DNA of 64,000 nucleotides, taken from contig OX597827.1 in the NCBI GenBank assembly GCA_951406725.2, positions 51,956,001-52,020,000 on the forward strand, written 5' to 3'. Under the pieces are notes generated by a model. The model had not been told where the DNA came from and made no database searches. It saw only the letters and a program-made list of their open reading frames with translations. Positions 12,040-24,513 of this stretch are shown here, one piece after another. How positions within the stretch are numbered: the first letter of the stretch is position 1; the number at the start of each line of letters is the position of its first letter. The translations under genes were made by a program, and so were the position numbers. The stretch comes from Octopus vulgaris (lineage: Eukaryota).

Positions 12040-13090
12040 TTTGCATGTGGAGATCAAGAATAACAGCCTTCTTAGGACAAAATCATTTCCTAAATTGCAA
12101 TCAGCATGGCTTTCGTGGTGGGAGGCACTGTCTAATACAGCTCCTCCACCACTTTGATGACATCTTAAATGCACTAAGTGAGGGCTCCAACGCGGATGTC
12201 ATATACCGTGATTTCAACAAGGCCTTTGTTGTCTATATCAATGATATTGCAGATTCCATTGAACATATATTTCTTTATTACCCACAAGGGGCTAAACACA
12301 GAGGGGACAAACAAGGACAGACATAGGTATTAAGTCGATTACATCGAACCCAGTGTGTAACTGGTACTTAATTTATCGACCCCGAAAGGATGAAAGGCAA
12401 AGTCGACCTCGGCGGAATTTGAACCCAGAACGTAACGGCAGACGAAATACCACTAAGCATTTCGCCCGACGTGCTAACGTTTCTGCCAGCTCGCCGCCAT
12501 TGAACATAGCACTATAAAAATATTTGCAGATGACTCTAAGCTCCAGAAAGTCATTAAGGGAGCATATGATCGAACAATGCTTCAGTCGGAGCTATGTGCA
12601 GTAACTCAGTTGGCACACACAAAAAAAAGAAACAACATGCAGTTGAACGAAGAAAAAACTTTGAGCTCATCCACTTTGGAAGAGAGAGCACACTCAAACA
12701 ACCATATACACTACCGCCGGGAGACCTACTTGAACCGTCGGATAATATCAGAGACTTAGGTGTAACTCTAGAAGTTACACCTGGAGTGTGCACATCAACA
12801 AAAAAGTCGATGCTACCCGCAGAATGTGCTCATGGATCCTCAGAACTTTCCAATCTAGGGATCATGAAACCATCATCCTTCTCTTCTCTACATTCGCTAG
12901 GCCCCACCTCGAATACTGGTACCCATTCCTCCAGGAAATACCGAATAAACCACCTACACCTGGATACGTCTCAACCAACAACAACTCTCTGCTTGAGTGG
13001 TCCATAGTGTCCCGAAATAAAAAGACTTTTCCAGGTGGTGCTATTGAGTTTGTCATGGCCTGGGCAGACAATGGCCGAAACCAATCTAAG
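12040..13090 (+). mobile_element. CR1-clade LINE remnant, interrupted by a SINE
   Basis: NQHGFRGGRHCLIQLL, VIYRDFNKAF and YIND before the SINE; STIKIFADDSKL after it; then IRDLGV and ARPHLEYW. Confidence 0.75.
12268..12498 (-). mobile_element. tRNA-derived SINE, family A, full length with TSD
   Basis: 10-bp target-site duplication attgaacata at 12258-12267 and 12499-12508. Other copies at about 19206-19390(+), 35457-35670(+), 49628-49765(+), 50540-50700(-), 53101-53250(-) and 53265-53410(+). Confidence 0.85.
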
Positions 13091-13286
13091 TTATATATAT
13101 ATACAGCGTAAAGGAGGGTGTGCCCTTCCGCCCAGCATGTCTGAAAAGTTATGAGTATTGCCAAGTGCAATAGTCGGCAAGAAATGGTAACATTCTGAAC
13201 AGTTACTCGCCAAAACCAGTAATGTACTTGACAATATAAACGGTCTACTTTTCTTTTCTATTTTTCTTTTTGATTGTGCTTTTTGT

Positions 13287-13349
<63 letters not shown>

Positions 13350-13359
<10 letters not shown>

Positions 13360-14042
13360 TATTAGAGACAAAACCACTATTTTGCAAAACAAACAAGGAA
13401 AGACTTAATCAATACATAAAATTTTAATAAATAGTAAAAAAAACCGCCACTACAATCGTTTCTTGTCTTGATCGACAATCTTCAGGTGGACTTCAATCAT
13501 TGAAACCCTCCATAGTGGCACAAATAATTGGTTCCACAGTTTCATGATAAATGTCTGCAGTGATGTCATTACAATCATAAACACGATCAAACATATATGA
13601 CTGATTATTGGTTCCTTCTGTAGCTGAGATAATTCTCTTCTCTCTGGTTTGACTTGGCTTGGCAAACCAGAGAGAAGAGAATTATCTCAGCTACAGAAGG
13701 AACCAATAATCAGTCATATATGTTTGATCGTGTTTATGATTGTAATGACATCACTGCAGACATTTATCATGAAACTGTGGAACCAATTATTTGTGCCACT
13801 ATGGAGGGTTTCAATGATTGAAGTCCACCTGAAGATTGTCGATCAAGACAAGAAACGATTGTAGTGGCGGTTTTTTTTACTATTTATTAAAATTTTATGT
13901 ATTGATTAAGTCTTTCCTTGTTTGTTTTGCAAAATAGTGGTTTTGTCTCTAATAATATTTTATAATATTTTACTATAAAATTGGATTTAATCCTAAATCT
14001 GATTTTTTTCCCTGTAAATTGGATTTATTCCCTAATATTTAT

Positions 14043-14048
<6 letters not shown>
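13350..14048. mobile_element. Perfect fold-back element in (TA)n: 302-bp arms plus an ~85-nt unpaired 3' tail; Penelope pLTR-like
   Basis: 13350-13651 is the reverse complement of 13663-13964, with an 11-nt loop; (TA)n on both sides; one hammerhead per arm. Confidence 0.85.
13825..13867 (+). ncRNA. Minimal type I hammerhead ribozyme (mirror copy on - at 13447-13489)
   Basis: ccac CTGAAGA ttgtc-gatcaa-gacaa GAAAC gatt GTA gtgg: intact core, helices I and II paired, 2-bp helix III, GUA cleavage triplet. Confidence 0.85.
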
Positions 14049-14098
<50 letters not shown>

Positions 14099-14101
<3 letters not shown>

Positions 14102-15158
14102 TAAACGTTAAAAAAACACAAACTGGGACAAGAACGTGAAACATTTTGAAGACGGCAAAAAAACACACAGACGGGACTTTCGAAGCTCTCAGTCATCAGT
14201 CAAGAACCAGATCATCTTCGCAATTTCGGCTGATTAATCTTGAGATTGCTCCAATCTGGGCAGCCAACCAAGGGAAATCTAAGCCAATCGCATTAGATTC
14301 CTTGGAAGAAAACCTCGAAAGTATACAACACGGTGACGGAAAAACGGACAATGTTACTCGAAAAAAATTCAAAAATACGTAAAAACAATAAAGAAAGCAC
14401 GGATAAAAATACAAAATAACGTAAAAACAATCATAACAAAACCAGGACGTCAGGACAAGCGTCTTTCGACAGGACGAGTTGAGTATAGGGCTGGCTGTGG
14501 TAAAAATGCCTGAAGGCAAACGGAGCACAAACACATACGTGTGGTCAAGCCAACTACTTGATGCGAAAGGCAGTAGTAGCTAGCTGGTCACGTGAGCACA
14601 AAAAGGAGGAAGGGACAGATGAAGAGAGAAGCAGGAGAGGGAAAGGGGCAGGTCAAGTGGGGTATAAGGTCTGAGAGGCAGAGAAATGCGGGAGAGGAGG
14701 GACGGAGGAAGAGAGAAAGAAAGAAGGGGAACAAGGGAGGAGAAGAAAAAGAGGGAAAGAGACAGAACAAGGGGAGTGAAAAGGGTGAAGGCAGAGAAAA
14801 GTAGGAGAGGGGGAAAAGAGACAGAGTAGTAGAGTCGTACCAATGTTAGAGAGTAATATACTTACAGTATAGGGTTAAAGGGTAGGGTACGTAGCCGCCA
14901 TGTATATAGGTAAACGTTAAAAAAACACAAACTGGGACAAGAACGTGAAACATTTGGAAGACGGCAAAAAAACACACCGACGGGACTTTCGAAGCTCTCA
15001 GTCATCAGTCAAGAACCAGATCATCTTCGCAATTTCGGCTGATTAATCTTGAGATTGCTCCAATCTGGGCAGCCAACCAAGGGAAATCTAAGCCAATCGC
15101 ATTAGATTCCTTGGAAGAAAACCTCGAAAGTATACAACACGGTGACGGAAAAACGGAC
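14099..15158 (-). mobile_element. (TA)n-flanked element with ~250-bp direct terminal repeats (pseudo-LTR-like)
   Basis: 14099-14349 is repeated nearly identically at 14908-15158 around a non-coding purine-rich spacer. Each repeat has CTGATGA...GAAA on the minus strand. Confidence 0.7.
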
Positions 15159-15174
15159 GATATATATATATATA

Positions 15175-15724
15175 CAAAAAGCAATAAAGATTCAAGTCAA
15201 TTTTAATGAATTTACTTGAATATGGTACCTAACTTAGATGCACCAAAAAACTATACGGTTTTAACCATACAGTAATGTGGGGTGATTATAAGCGAGAAAG
15301 AAGCAACAAGAATGGATAAGTTTTTAGTACAATCGTTTCATACAAAGACAGGCTTTATTAAAAGTTGCAAAAATTGCAGCATATAAACGTGTCCCGTACT
15401 CATCAGCTAAAATACATGTGAGTTCTCTAGACATCTTAGTGGTTGAGGCTATACTCATGAAGTAATGTAGATAATTAAGTAACATAAACAGATTTCCAAA
15501 GTTCATTAAATGAACTTTGGAAATCTGTTTATGTTACTTAATTATCTACATTACTTCATGAGTATAGCCTCAACCACTAAGATGTCTAGAGAACTCACAT
15601 GTATTTTAGCTGATGAGTACGGGACACGTTTATATGCTGCAATTTTTGCAACTTTTAATAAAGCCTGTCTTTGTATGAAACGATTGTACTAAAAACTTAT
15701 CCATTCTTGTTGCTTCTTTCTCGC
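15175..15724. mobile_element. Perfect fold-back element in (TA)n: 216-bp arms plus an ~117-nt unpaired tail
   Basis: 15292-15507 is the reverse complement of 15509-15724 (1-nt centre); (TA)n flanks. Confidence 0.85.
15604..15694 (+). ncRNA. Type I hammerhead ribozyme with a large loop II (mirror copy on - at 15322-15412)
   Basis: ttttag CTGATGA gtacgggac...gtctttgtat GAAAC gatt GTA ctaaaa. Helix I is 6 bp; helix II relies on G-U pairs. Confidence 0.75.
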
Positions 15725-15769
<45 letters not shown>

Positions 15770-15773
<4 letters not shown>

Positions 15774-15997
15774 AGGTTAATCCAAACAAGAAAACACAAA
15801 AAAAAAAACACAAAAAAAAACACAACAACGCGAGGACGTGGAGCAAATATAGTATTATTGGACGCTCAGGAAAGAAGGGAAGAAGGAGGGTTTAACGTTT
15901 CGAGCGGAGCTCTTCGTCGGAAACATAGGAGAAGGAAAGATCCAGAGAAAGGAAGACAGAGGAAAAAAAATCGCCAACGGTACACACGAGGTCACAT
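15770..15997 (-). mobile_element. ~220-bp (TA)n-associated repeat with a variant hammerhead (15890-15924)
   Basis: Near-identical copies at about 37489-37693 and 40808-41013, a diverged copy at about 16127-16320. Minus strand gttt CCGACGA a gagc-tcc-gctc GAAAC GTT aaac. Confidence 0.75.
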
Positions 15998-16450
15998 TTA
16001 TATATATATAAGCGTGCGTGTGTGTGTGTGTGTGTGTCTGTGTGTGTGTCTGTATGTGTGTCTGTATGTGCGTGTGTGTGTGTGTGAGTGTATATATAAA
16101 CAGATAGCTGTTATATATATATAAAAAGTCAATTCAACGAACAAACAATTCAAGAAACGAATAAAAAACGAAAAGAGAGAAAAAAATGCGAATGTGAGGA
16201 CGTGCGCAAGAATTATGTTAGTTTGACGCTCGGTGTAAGGAGAGAGTTTTTAACGTTTCGAGCATGGCTCTTCATCGGAAAGGAGAAAGGGAAAAATCCA
16301 AAGAAGACGATGGAAAATAGCCAACAGTCCACGTGTGGTTGCATTTCTGCAATGACCGGAAGTGGAAGGAGATAGAGGAAGTGGGTCTTTGGGACAGTAT
16401 GTGGAGAGAGAGAGAGAGAGAGAGAAGAGACAGACAGCGAGAGAGAGGTA

Positions 16451-17245
16451 CAGTCCACCAAAGAATGTATACTCACTTCAAGAAAAGAAAAACGTTGAAA
16501 TGTTTTGATACTAAATCTATTCAGTCATCACGGGACTAATACAAGTTATTTTTAACCTCTACAGTTACAAGACGTGCTCAAAGTGGTGACCGTTACACTC
16601 CAGACACTTCGTAGTACGGCGAACTGCTGCTTAGGCAACGTTGGCCAAAGTGTCCGGTGGGATTACTGCACATGCTGTTTCAATTCTTCCTATCCAATCT
16701 CCTTACAAATTCTCATCTGGGTAAGCTCGCACATCTCGGCAGTAGTGTGGTGGTGCATTGCCTTGTTGAAAGAAAAATTCCACATTTCCTAAAGTGCATG
16801 TATGACAGGTAAAATGGAAGTGAGCAGCATGTTCTGGTACGCTTGACCAGTAAGAGTGCCTTCAAAGAAAAGTGGTCTTATTAAACCTTTTGATAACACT
16901 CCACACCAGACATCGACTCCCAGTAAACTGACTGCGTTGTTCACACGCAAGCAGTAGCTTTCTGGTGCATAGTAAACACAGTTATATTGGTTCACTGTTC
17001 CATTTAGCTTATATTGTGCTTCATCAGACCACACAATCGCCCACACAAACACTTCATCGTCGCTTGCCATGTGATGCAACCACTCATAAAACTCAATTAT
17101 TCGATCAGGATCGTCATCGTTAGTCGCATGTATTAATCTTGGGATGTGAACTTTGTACTTAGCTCTTTTAAGAATGTGAAGTATGATTGTATTACTTATT
17201 CCTGTCTCACGTGCATATTGTGCAGTAGACTTCTGTGGCAAGTGT
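16451..17245 (-). mobile_element. Truncated Tc1/mariner (DD41D-like) transposon
   Basis: WSDEAQYKLNGTVN, VWCGV..KGLIRPLFFEG, FQQGNAPPHY; TIR remnant cagtccaccaaagaatgtatactcac; related to 38060-39323. Confidence 0.75.
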
Positions 17246-17404
17246 GCAAACTATTGGGACTCTGTTTTCTTTGTTTGTGTCCACGTATGTTTATGAGTAT
17301 GTGCCCATGTATGTATATGTGTGCGTGCGTACGTGCGTGTGTGTATGTATGTATTCATGCATGCGTACATACATACTTACGTACGTACGTACGTACATGA
17401 ATGG

Positions 17405-17790
17405 AATGGAAGCACTCCGTCGGTTACGACGATGAGGGTTCCGGTTGATCCGATCAACGGAACAGCCTGCTCGTGAAATTAACGTGTAAGTGACTGAGCA
17501 CTCCACAGACACGTGTACCCTTAACGTAGTTCTCGGGGATATTCAGCGTGACACAGAGAGTGACAAGGCCGGCTCTTTGAAATACAGGTACAACAGAAAC
17601 AGGAAGTAAGAGTGAGAGAAAGTTGTGGTGAAAGAGTACAGCAGGGATCACCACCATCCCCTGCCGGAGCCTTGTGGAGCTTTTAGGTGTTTTCGCTCAA
17701 TAAACACTCACAACGCCCGGTCTGGGAATCGAAACCGCGATCCTACGACCGCGAGTCCGCTGCCCTAACCACTGGGCCATTGCGCCTCCA
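17405..17790 (-). mobile_element. tRNA-derived SINE, family C
   Basis: Head gtggaggcgcaatggcccagtggttagggc...gtttcgattccc (A/B boxes). The 3' region is shared with 26672-26992(+); partial relatives at about 56325-56445(-) and 58700-58940(-). Confidence 0.75.
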
Positions 17791-18854
17791 CGTACGTACA
17801 TACATACATACATACATACATACATACATACATACATACATACATACATACATTCACGTAAAAATGTGATCAAGTAGTTCCAAGACTTCTATTGTAAGTT
17901 GATTAACTGCTGTATTTAGTTGCGACCAAGAGACTCCACAGAAATATTAACCTACCACAAGAACAAGTCATTGAGAAAAAAGACTTCAAAGACAAACTTC
18001 TGTCCTTGAGCTATAACAAATAGATATAAAAGAAAAGCGACGTGAGTAATTCAAGTTTCGTTGTTAAAAATAATGAGAAGTTGAACAGAAATCTTTTAAA
18101 TGAAGTCTTGATCAATAAAGTTTATCACAAGTTAAATACATTCAAGATGATTTTAAGAAGCAAAGAGGATTCACTTTATTGATAACGACCTTCAGTTGCA
18201 AAATAGTTCCTAACATGAAATATAAATCTCTAATCAGCAATTTACACCACATGAGCTGAACAAGTTCTTTGTACTATGTCAATGGTGATCATTTCCCACG
18301 TAGAGTGTCTGAAAAATTTGCTTTTAGGATGTTGATTGAAGATGAAGTTTTATCTTCGAAAAGTGAATGAAGGTTTGAAAAAGGAAGCTGGAAATCGATC
18401 CTGATTTCATAAATTTGATTGTGAATCATAGGTACTTCTTTTCTAATCAAAGAAGGAGGGAAAAAACCAATGATCTTTTCACACCCCACTCCACCCCACC
18501 ACCACCACCACTGCTGATTTATGTTCATAGGGAAACCGTGGCGAGGAAGGGAATGGCAAATCTGGGATAAATAACTGATAAAAATGTTTAATGTAGAATT
18601 TAACGATGAAACGAAGTAGAGATGACAGAGGTGGATTCGTAAGGTGAGTTTGGGTGATGATGTTATGCAGCTTGCTAGTTCAAAGAGCAGTAGGTGTTAT
18701 AATAGCAATAGAATAGTGAAACATTGAAAGGAAATTATATCTGTAGGCTAGTGGTTGGTGCATATTGTTCTTTTGCCAATAAATCAGATAACATCTTTGG
18801 AAATTCAGTGCCGAACGTTTATATGTATAGTAGCAGAACTATCTGAGATACGCG

Positions 18855-18949
<95 letters not shown>

Positions 18950-18951
<2 letters not shown>

Positions 18952-19140
18952 GGACCGTGGAGCTCCTACGCGCATTTTTTTCTCTCCTTGTTTCTTTTCT
19001 GTGTATCTTTCTGTCGAAGAGCGTAGGCTCGAAACGTAAAAGACTTGTTTTATTTCTATTCCTGAGCGCCATACTAATACAATTGTTTGTTTGTACTCCA
19101 CCTACTTTCGTCTTTTGTTTATTTTCGTAAACCTTCCCGT
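18950..19140 (+). mobile_element. Short microsatellite-flanked repeat with a variant hammerhead (19006-19043)
   Basis: tcttt CTGTCGA a gagc-gtag-gctc GAAAC GTA aaaga. More decayed copy at about 19500-19620. Confidence 0.6.
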
Positions 19141-19421
19141 TATATATATTATATATATACATATATATTTACATTTGTACATATATATAATATATATTAT
19201 AAATAGGGCGGCGAGCTTGGCGGTATTTCGCCTGCTGTTACGTTCTGAGTTCAAATTCCGTCGAGGTCAACTTTGCCTTTCATCCTTTCGGGGTCGATTA
19301 AATAAGTACCAGTTACACACTCGGGTTTACGTAATCGACTTAATCCCTCTATCTGTCCTTGTTTGTCACCCTTGTGGGCAATAAAGGAATAAATATGTAT
19401 TGTATATAATATATATTATAT

Positions 19422-19481
<60 letters not shown>

Positions 19482-19688
19482 CACATACTGACCGCTAACT
19501 CCCAGAGTTTTTTTTTTTTATTTCTTCGTGTTTCTTTCTGTTGAAGAACGTAGGCTAGAAACGTAAAAGACTTTCTCACCTTCTCGAGCATCAAACAATA
19601 TACGTGCTTGTTGTTCATACATCAGTCTTTGCTTTTTGATAGAGATAGTGATGCAGATAAATGCTGTTAGGCTTCACTATATATATAA

Positions 19689-19814
<126 letters not shown>

Positions 19815-19997
19815 GAGGGAATAGTATTCCAAACTTACAGGGAAAAATCTTTGAAATACTAAATCAAATTTCACAAAATATATATATATATAAATTAGAT
19901 GTTTTATCTTATATTTAATCTTTCTATAATATGTAATGTTCTAGATGGTGTAATTTAATTTTTCATTATTGAATTGATAAAAGGTGTTTTTTTTCTA

Positions 19998-20049
<52 letters not shown>

Positions 20050-20052
<3 letters not shown>

Positions 20053-20226
20053 GGTCCCGGGTTGAGTCGGGGTTAACCACAGTAAATAAGGTACTCAATA
20101 CATGGCAGAGTAAATTAATTTATTTTATAGAAGGAGCTTCTACAGGACTAGAACTGTTTCATTCAAATGAAATCATGATTTCATTTGAATGAAACAGTTC
20201 TAGTCCTGTAGAAGCTCCTTCTATAA

Positions 20227-20235
<9 letters not shown>
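20050..20235. mobile_element. Short fold-back element in (TA)n: perfect 60-bp arms (20116-20235) plus unpaired tail
   Basis: Loopless palindrome centred at 20175/20176. Its tail resembles the tail of the 33966-34200 element (aaaataaa...ttactct.cca..gtat.tgagtac). Confidence 0.8.
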
Positions 20236-20279
<44 letters not shown>

Positions 20280-21734
20280 AATTTAAAATTAAAATCAAAG
20301 TCCAAATAGGAGACAAAATGCAGTATCCAAACCTCGTTTCGGGAAAGTCTCACCACTTATGACTACCAGCGTACTGCGCTTTCGTCGCTGGGTCTACGAA
20401 AGGAATTCGTGGGTGCACTTTGAGTATATTCTAAATTATTGATACGGTAGACGGAATGTAACTTGAAGCTTTATTAATCACAACGATTGTTTTGGATGCT
20501 TTCTGCACTGCTCCCTTGTGGGTAGCGAACGATGTGATGCATTTCGCAGTGCAAAGGAGCGTCATCAGGTGACGTCATAGGCTTCAAAATTTATAAGATT
20601 TCGCTCCAAGCTAGAAAAGAAAAATCCAATATGAGAGTTTCTCTTATAGTGTCTACCCCAGTATAGTTTGTTCTAACGAAACATCCACGTTTAAGTAGGT
20701 TTAAATACTACCTCTTTGGTATTAACACTGCCTCTGTCGCTAATATATATATATATATTAGCAATATTTAAAGTAGACTATCAACTTAATACCCATTATC
20801 TTTAGTTCAAAGTATGATTAAACTTAGATTCACGAAGAAAGAATGTAGCTCCACAAATTTTCTGCTGCAGGCGATCACAATATCTACGACAGTAAAAATT
20901 TTCCAAGCGAGTAAATGCTCTGACGATGAAAATAAGAGATGCTTTTCTTTTTTACGGCTTTTCATTACCTTCACAATCTTGCCACCGATCAAGCTGTTGG
21001 TTATGATATTCCCTGAAACTATTATAAGAAAGAAATTACATATATTTAAGTGCATATATTCATATACGTGTATTATATGTACACATAAATGCATTAAAAA
21101 ACCTACATATTAGCATTTGTGAAACATTTCAACTTTATTTCTCAATAAAATAATGCACAGTGGCTCATAAAGTACAGTCGCACAAAAATAATTAAAATCT
21201 CAAGGATTTTTTTTCTTTTTTTTTTCTGAGATTTCGATTTGTGTGTTCAATAATCACCGCAACGTTTTTCACTTCGTTATTTATTGTCCCGTTATCACCA
21301 AAGAACCTTGTCATGTCTTATGCAGACTGTGTCGGCCATTTAAGTTAAAATTTTTTTTTTTTTTTTTCAGTATCATGGCTCGAATGTTGTTATACACACA
21401 CATATACATACACACGAGCACGTGTGCGCATTGACTGATTCACACACACACACACACACGTGCATTCACACATACATGCATACACGCACACACACACACA
21501 TAAATACACACATACGCGCACACACACGCACACACTCTCACACACACACACAAAATATGCACAATAAATAGACCCAACAGTACACCAGAAAAGTATCTTT
21601 GTATAAGCAAAAAAAAAACCATTATCTTCCCACACGTCTTTTACCCTCTTCGTTTTCTTGGAAATTTCCATGATTAATCTTATTGTTGGCATTGTTGTTG
21701 TTGTTGTTGTTGTTGGTAGTAGTAGTATTAGTAT

Positions 21735-21781
<47 letters not shown>

Positions 21782-22095
21782 ATCTTTGTTCTTCGGTTGC
21801 TCTGCGGAATACTTTTTAATATTAACATCCTTGTTGTGTTGAGCTGTTCTTTTGTGGAAGTGTTGATGGTTAGTAATGGTTGTGTTATCACTGCAGTAAC
21901 AGTAAATGCTTGCTTTGGGTTGCTAGGAGAGGATAGTTGTTATAAACAGTTGTTTTGTTGCTGTTGTTGTTGCTGTTGCTGTTACTGCTGATGTTCTTGA
22001 TACTTGTGGATGCTTCCCTTATTCTGCTATTCTGATATTCTGCTCAGTTTTCTAATGCAATCCGTTGAATTATCTTGACGTATTGAAATCTAGCT

Positions 22096-22106
22096 TCAGT
22101 TGAGAC
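22096..22106 (-). CDS. Probable terminal coding exon of the APGWamide precursor (G-L-N-stop, then 3' UTR)
   Basis: Minus-strand acceptor tgttttgattttgtttctag|GT CTC AAC TGA is compatible with the phase-1 donor at 31547. About 1 kb of TE-free UTR-like sequence follows, with AATAAA at 21139-21134. Confidence 0.5.
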
Positions 22107-22398
22107 CTAGAAACAAAATCAAAACAGATAGCTATAAATTTAAGCATAACACTAAAACACACACTCTAGTGCACATGGACATATGTTTGTGTATTTACAC
22201 ACACACAAACACACACACACACACGGTATACACAGTTAAGCTCGAGTCGGTCAGTTTTTTGTCAATTAAACACACACGCGTTGAAAGTAGTGCGTTTGTT
22301 TAATTGGCAACCCAAAAATAATGACCAGTCCGAAGCATAACAATGTTTCAACATGTTTTCACCTCACGAATCTCGCAAAACACATAAACGCATGCGTG

Positions 22399-22468
<70 letters not shown>

Positions 22469-22652
22469 CATATATACGACAGGCTTCTTTCAGTTTCCGT
22501 CTACCAAATCCACTCACAAGGCATTGGTCGGCCCGGGGCTATAGCAGAAGACATTTGCCCAAGATGCCACGCAGTGGGATTGAACCCAGAACCATGTGGT
22601 TGGTTAGCAAGCTACTTACCACACAGCCACTCAAACATACATATATAAATAT

Positions 22653-22715
<63 letters not shown>

Positions 22716-22920
22716 CATACATACATACATACATACATACATACATACATACATAACATACTTACATACATACATACATACATATACATACGTACATACA
22801 TACACGCACGCACATACATATAGATAGATAGATAGATATGTGTATGTGGAAATATATAGATATACACAGATGGATGTATATACATGCATAAATATACACA
22901 CACGCACGCACACACACACG

Positions 22921-22975
<55 letters not shown>

Positions 22976-23238
22976 TAGCAGTAAAACCCGTTGTTGTTCG
23001 AGTAATAACTTTTACTGTTTATCAGGAACCACATTGAAAGCATTATTATATGTATAATTTACTCCTCCTGTATGTGTGTATTTCTAGAAGAGAAATCTAT
23101 GTAATAGTTGAAGTAGAAGAAAGATCAGTATCTTACATGAACTTGTGTTTGTTTATGATATGACAATAACAAATGAGTTGTAAGTGTTATTTTTTTATCT
23201 ATACAGTAATGGCAATGATATGAGAAAAACATGTAATA

Positions 23239-24513
23239 CGAGGGGCGTTCAATAAGTAATGCCCCTGACCCACTTCCCATAGCAGTAGAGCAACGAAACT
23301 TGGAACAGTTATTAGTCTTTTTCTACATAGGAACCACTCAGAGTTATGCATTTCTCCCATCGTTTGATGCAGCTCTGAAGACCGTTTTTGTAGAAGACCC
23401 CAGCTTGGTCCTCCAACCACGACGTGACTTCAGAAATCAAGGCTGCATCATCTGGGAAACGCTTTCCTTTCAAAAACAACTTCATGACTGGGAAGAGGGG
23501 AAAATCAGAGGGTGCAAGGTCAGGAAAGTAGGGGGATAGGGGAGGAGTTCATAGCCATACGCCTGTGCTTCTGATCTGGCGACAAGCGAGTTGTGAACCG
23601 GAGCGTTGTCCTGCAGGAGGAGGATGCCTTTGCTGATCTTGCCCCGCCTCTTGATTTTGATAACTTCTCTTAATTTCCTCAAAAGTGAAGCATAATAGGC
23701 TCCTGTAATTGTGGTACCCTTTGCCAGGAAATCTGTCATCACTACTCCGTCCTGGTCCCAGAAGACTGTGAGCATGACCTTGCCAGCGGAGGGCTGCACC
23801 CTTGCCTTCTTTGGAGGGGGTGAGTCACGGTGCTTCCACTGCATTGACTGGTCTCTGGATCATCGTGATGGACCCAGGTTTCATCCTGTGTAATCAGTCT
23901 TTTGAAAAATTTTGACTCATTTTCTTGGCACATCTCCAAATTCACCCTCGAGCACTCGACGCGTTCTTGCTTCTGGAAAGGCGTGAGCAACCTGGGAATC
24001 CATCTGGCAGGCACCTTTTGCATATGCAAATGGTCATGAATGATAGTTTCCACAGACACGGTACTAATCTTGACCTCATGGGCTATTTGGCGAATAATTA
24101 TGCGTCGAACTTCCAAAATGGCAGCCTCAACTTGACGGACAGATGCCTCATCAATGGCAGAAGCGGGGCGACCAGATCTGGGAGCTGTTTCCACAGAGTT
24201 CCGACCATGTTTGAATTCCCGATACCAGCGTTTTACAAGGTCATATGATGGGGCATCATCACCATAAGTTACTTTCATTTCATCAAAAGTCTCCCGTGGT
24301 GTGCGTCCTTTCAAATACAAAAACCGGATCACTGCTCGACACTCAACAGGCTCCATTTCACACTTGACTCAGTTCAAACACCTGTAAATCAGAAACCACA
24401 ATTAGTAATTTGTCACTTACTCTATAGAGATATAAATGATTGCACATGCAAAATTTCAGCTAGATCAAACAACTGCAAGTGGGTCAGGGGCATTACTTAT
24501 TGAACGTCCCTCG
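23239..24513 (-). mobile_element. Full-length mariner (DD34D) transposon, 1275 bp, frameshifted transposase (24356-23312)
   Basis: 37-bp TIRs with one mismatch (cgaggggcgttcaataagtaatgcccctgacccactt), TA at both ends. Motifs WIPRLLT, TQDETWVH, LLQDNAPVH and a degenerate YSPDLAPSD; two frameshifts. Confidence 0.95.

Noticed and set aside
13450-15692. Pairs of identical ORFs on opposite strands (13450-13665/13649-13864; 15324-15506/15510-15692) as duplicated genes
   Set aside because: They are by-products of DNA palindromes. No protein motifs, and the conserved signal is the hammerhead RNA fold.
20531-20576. Minus-strand hammerhead CTGATGA...GAAATGCATC as an active ribozyme (likewise 13137-13193 on +)
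   Set aside because: Helix I is offset and mismatched, or core G8 is mutated. Counted only as decayed remnants.
21622-21991. ORFs 21622-21891(-) and 21683-21991(+) as separate genes
   Set aside because: Driven by AAC/ACT repeats and better explained as the 3' UTR of the APGWamide transcript.
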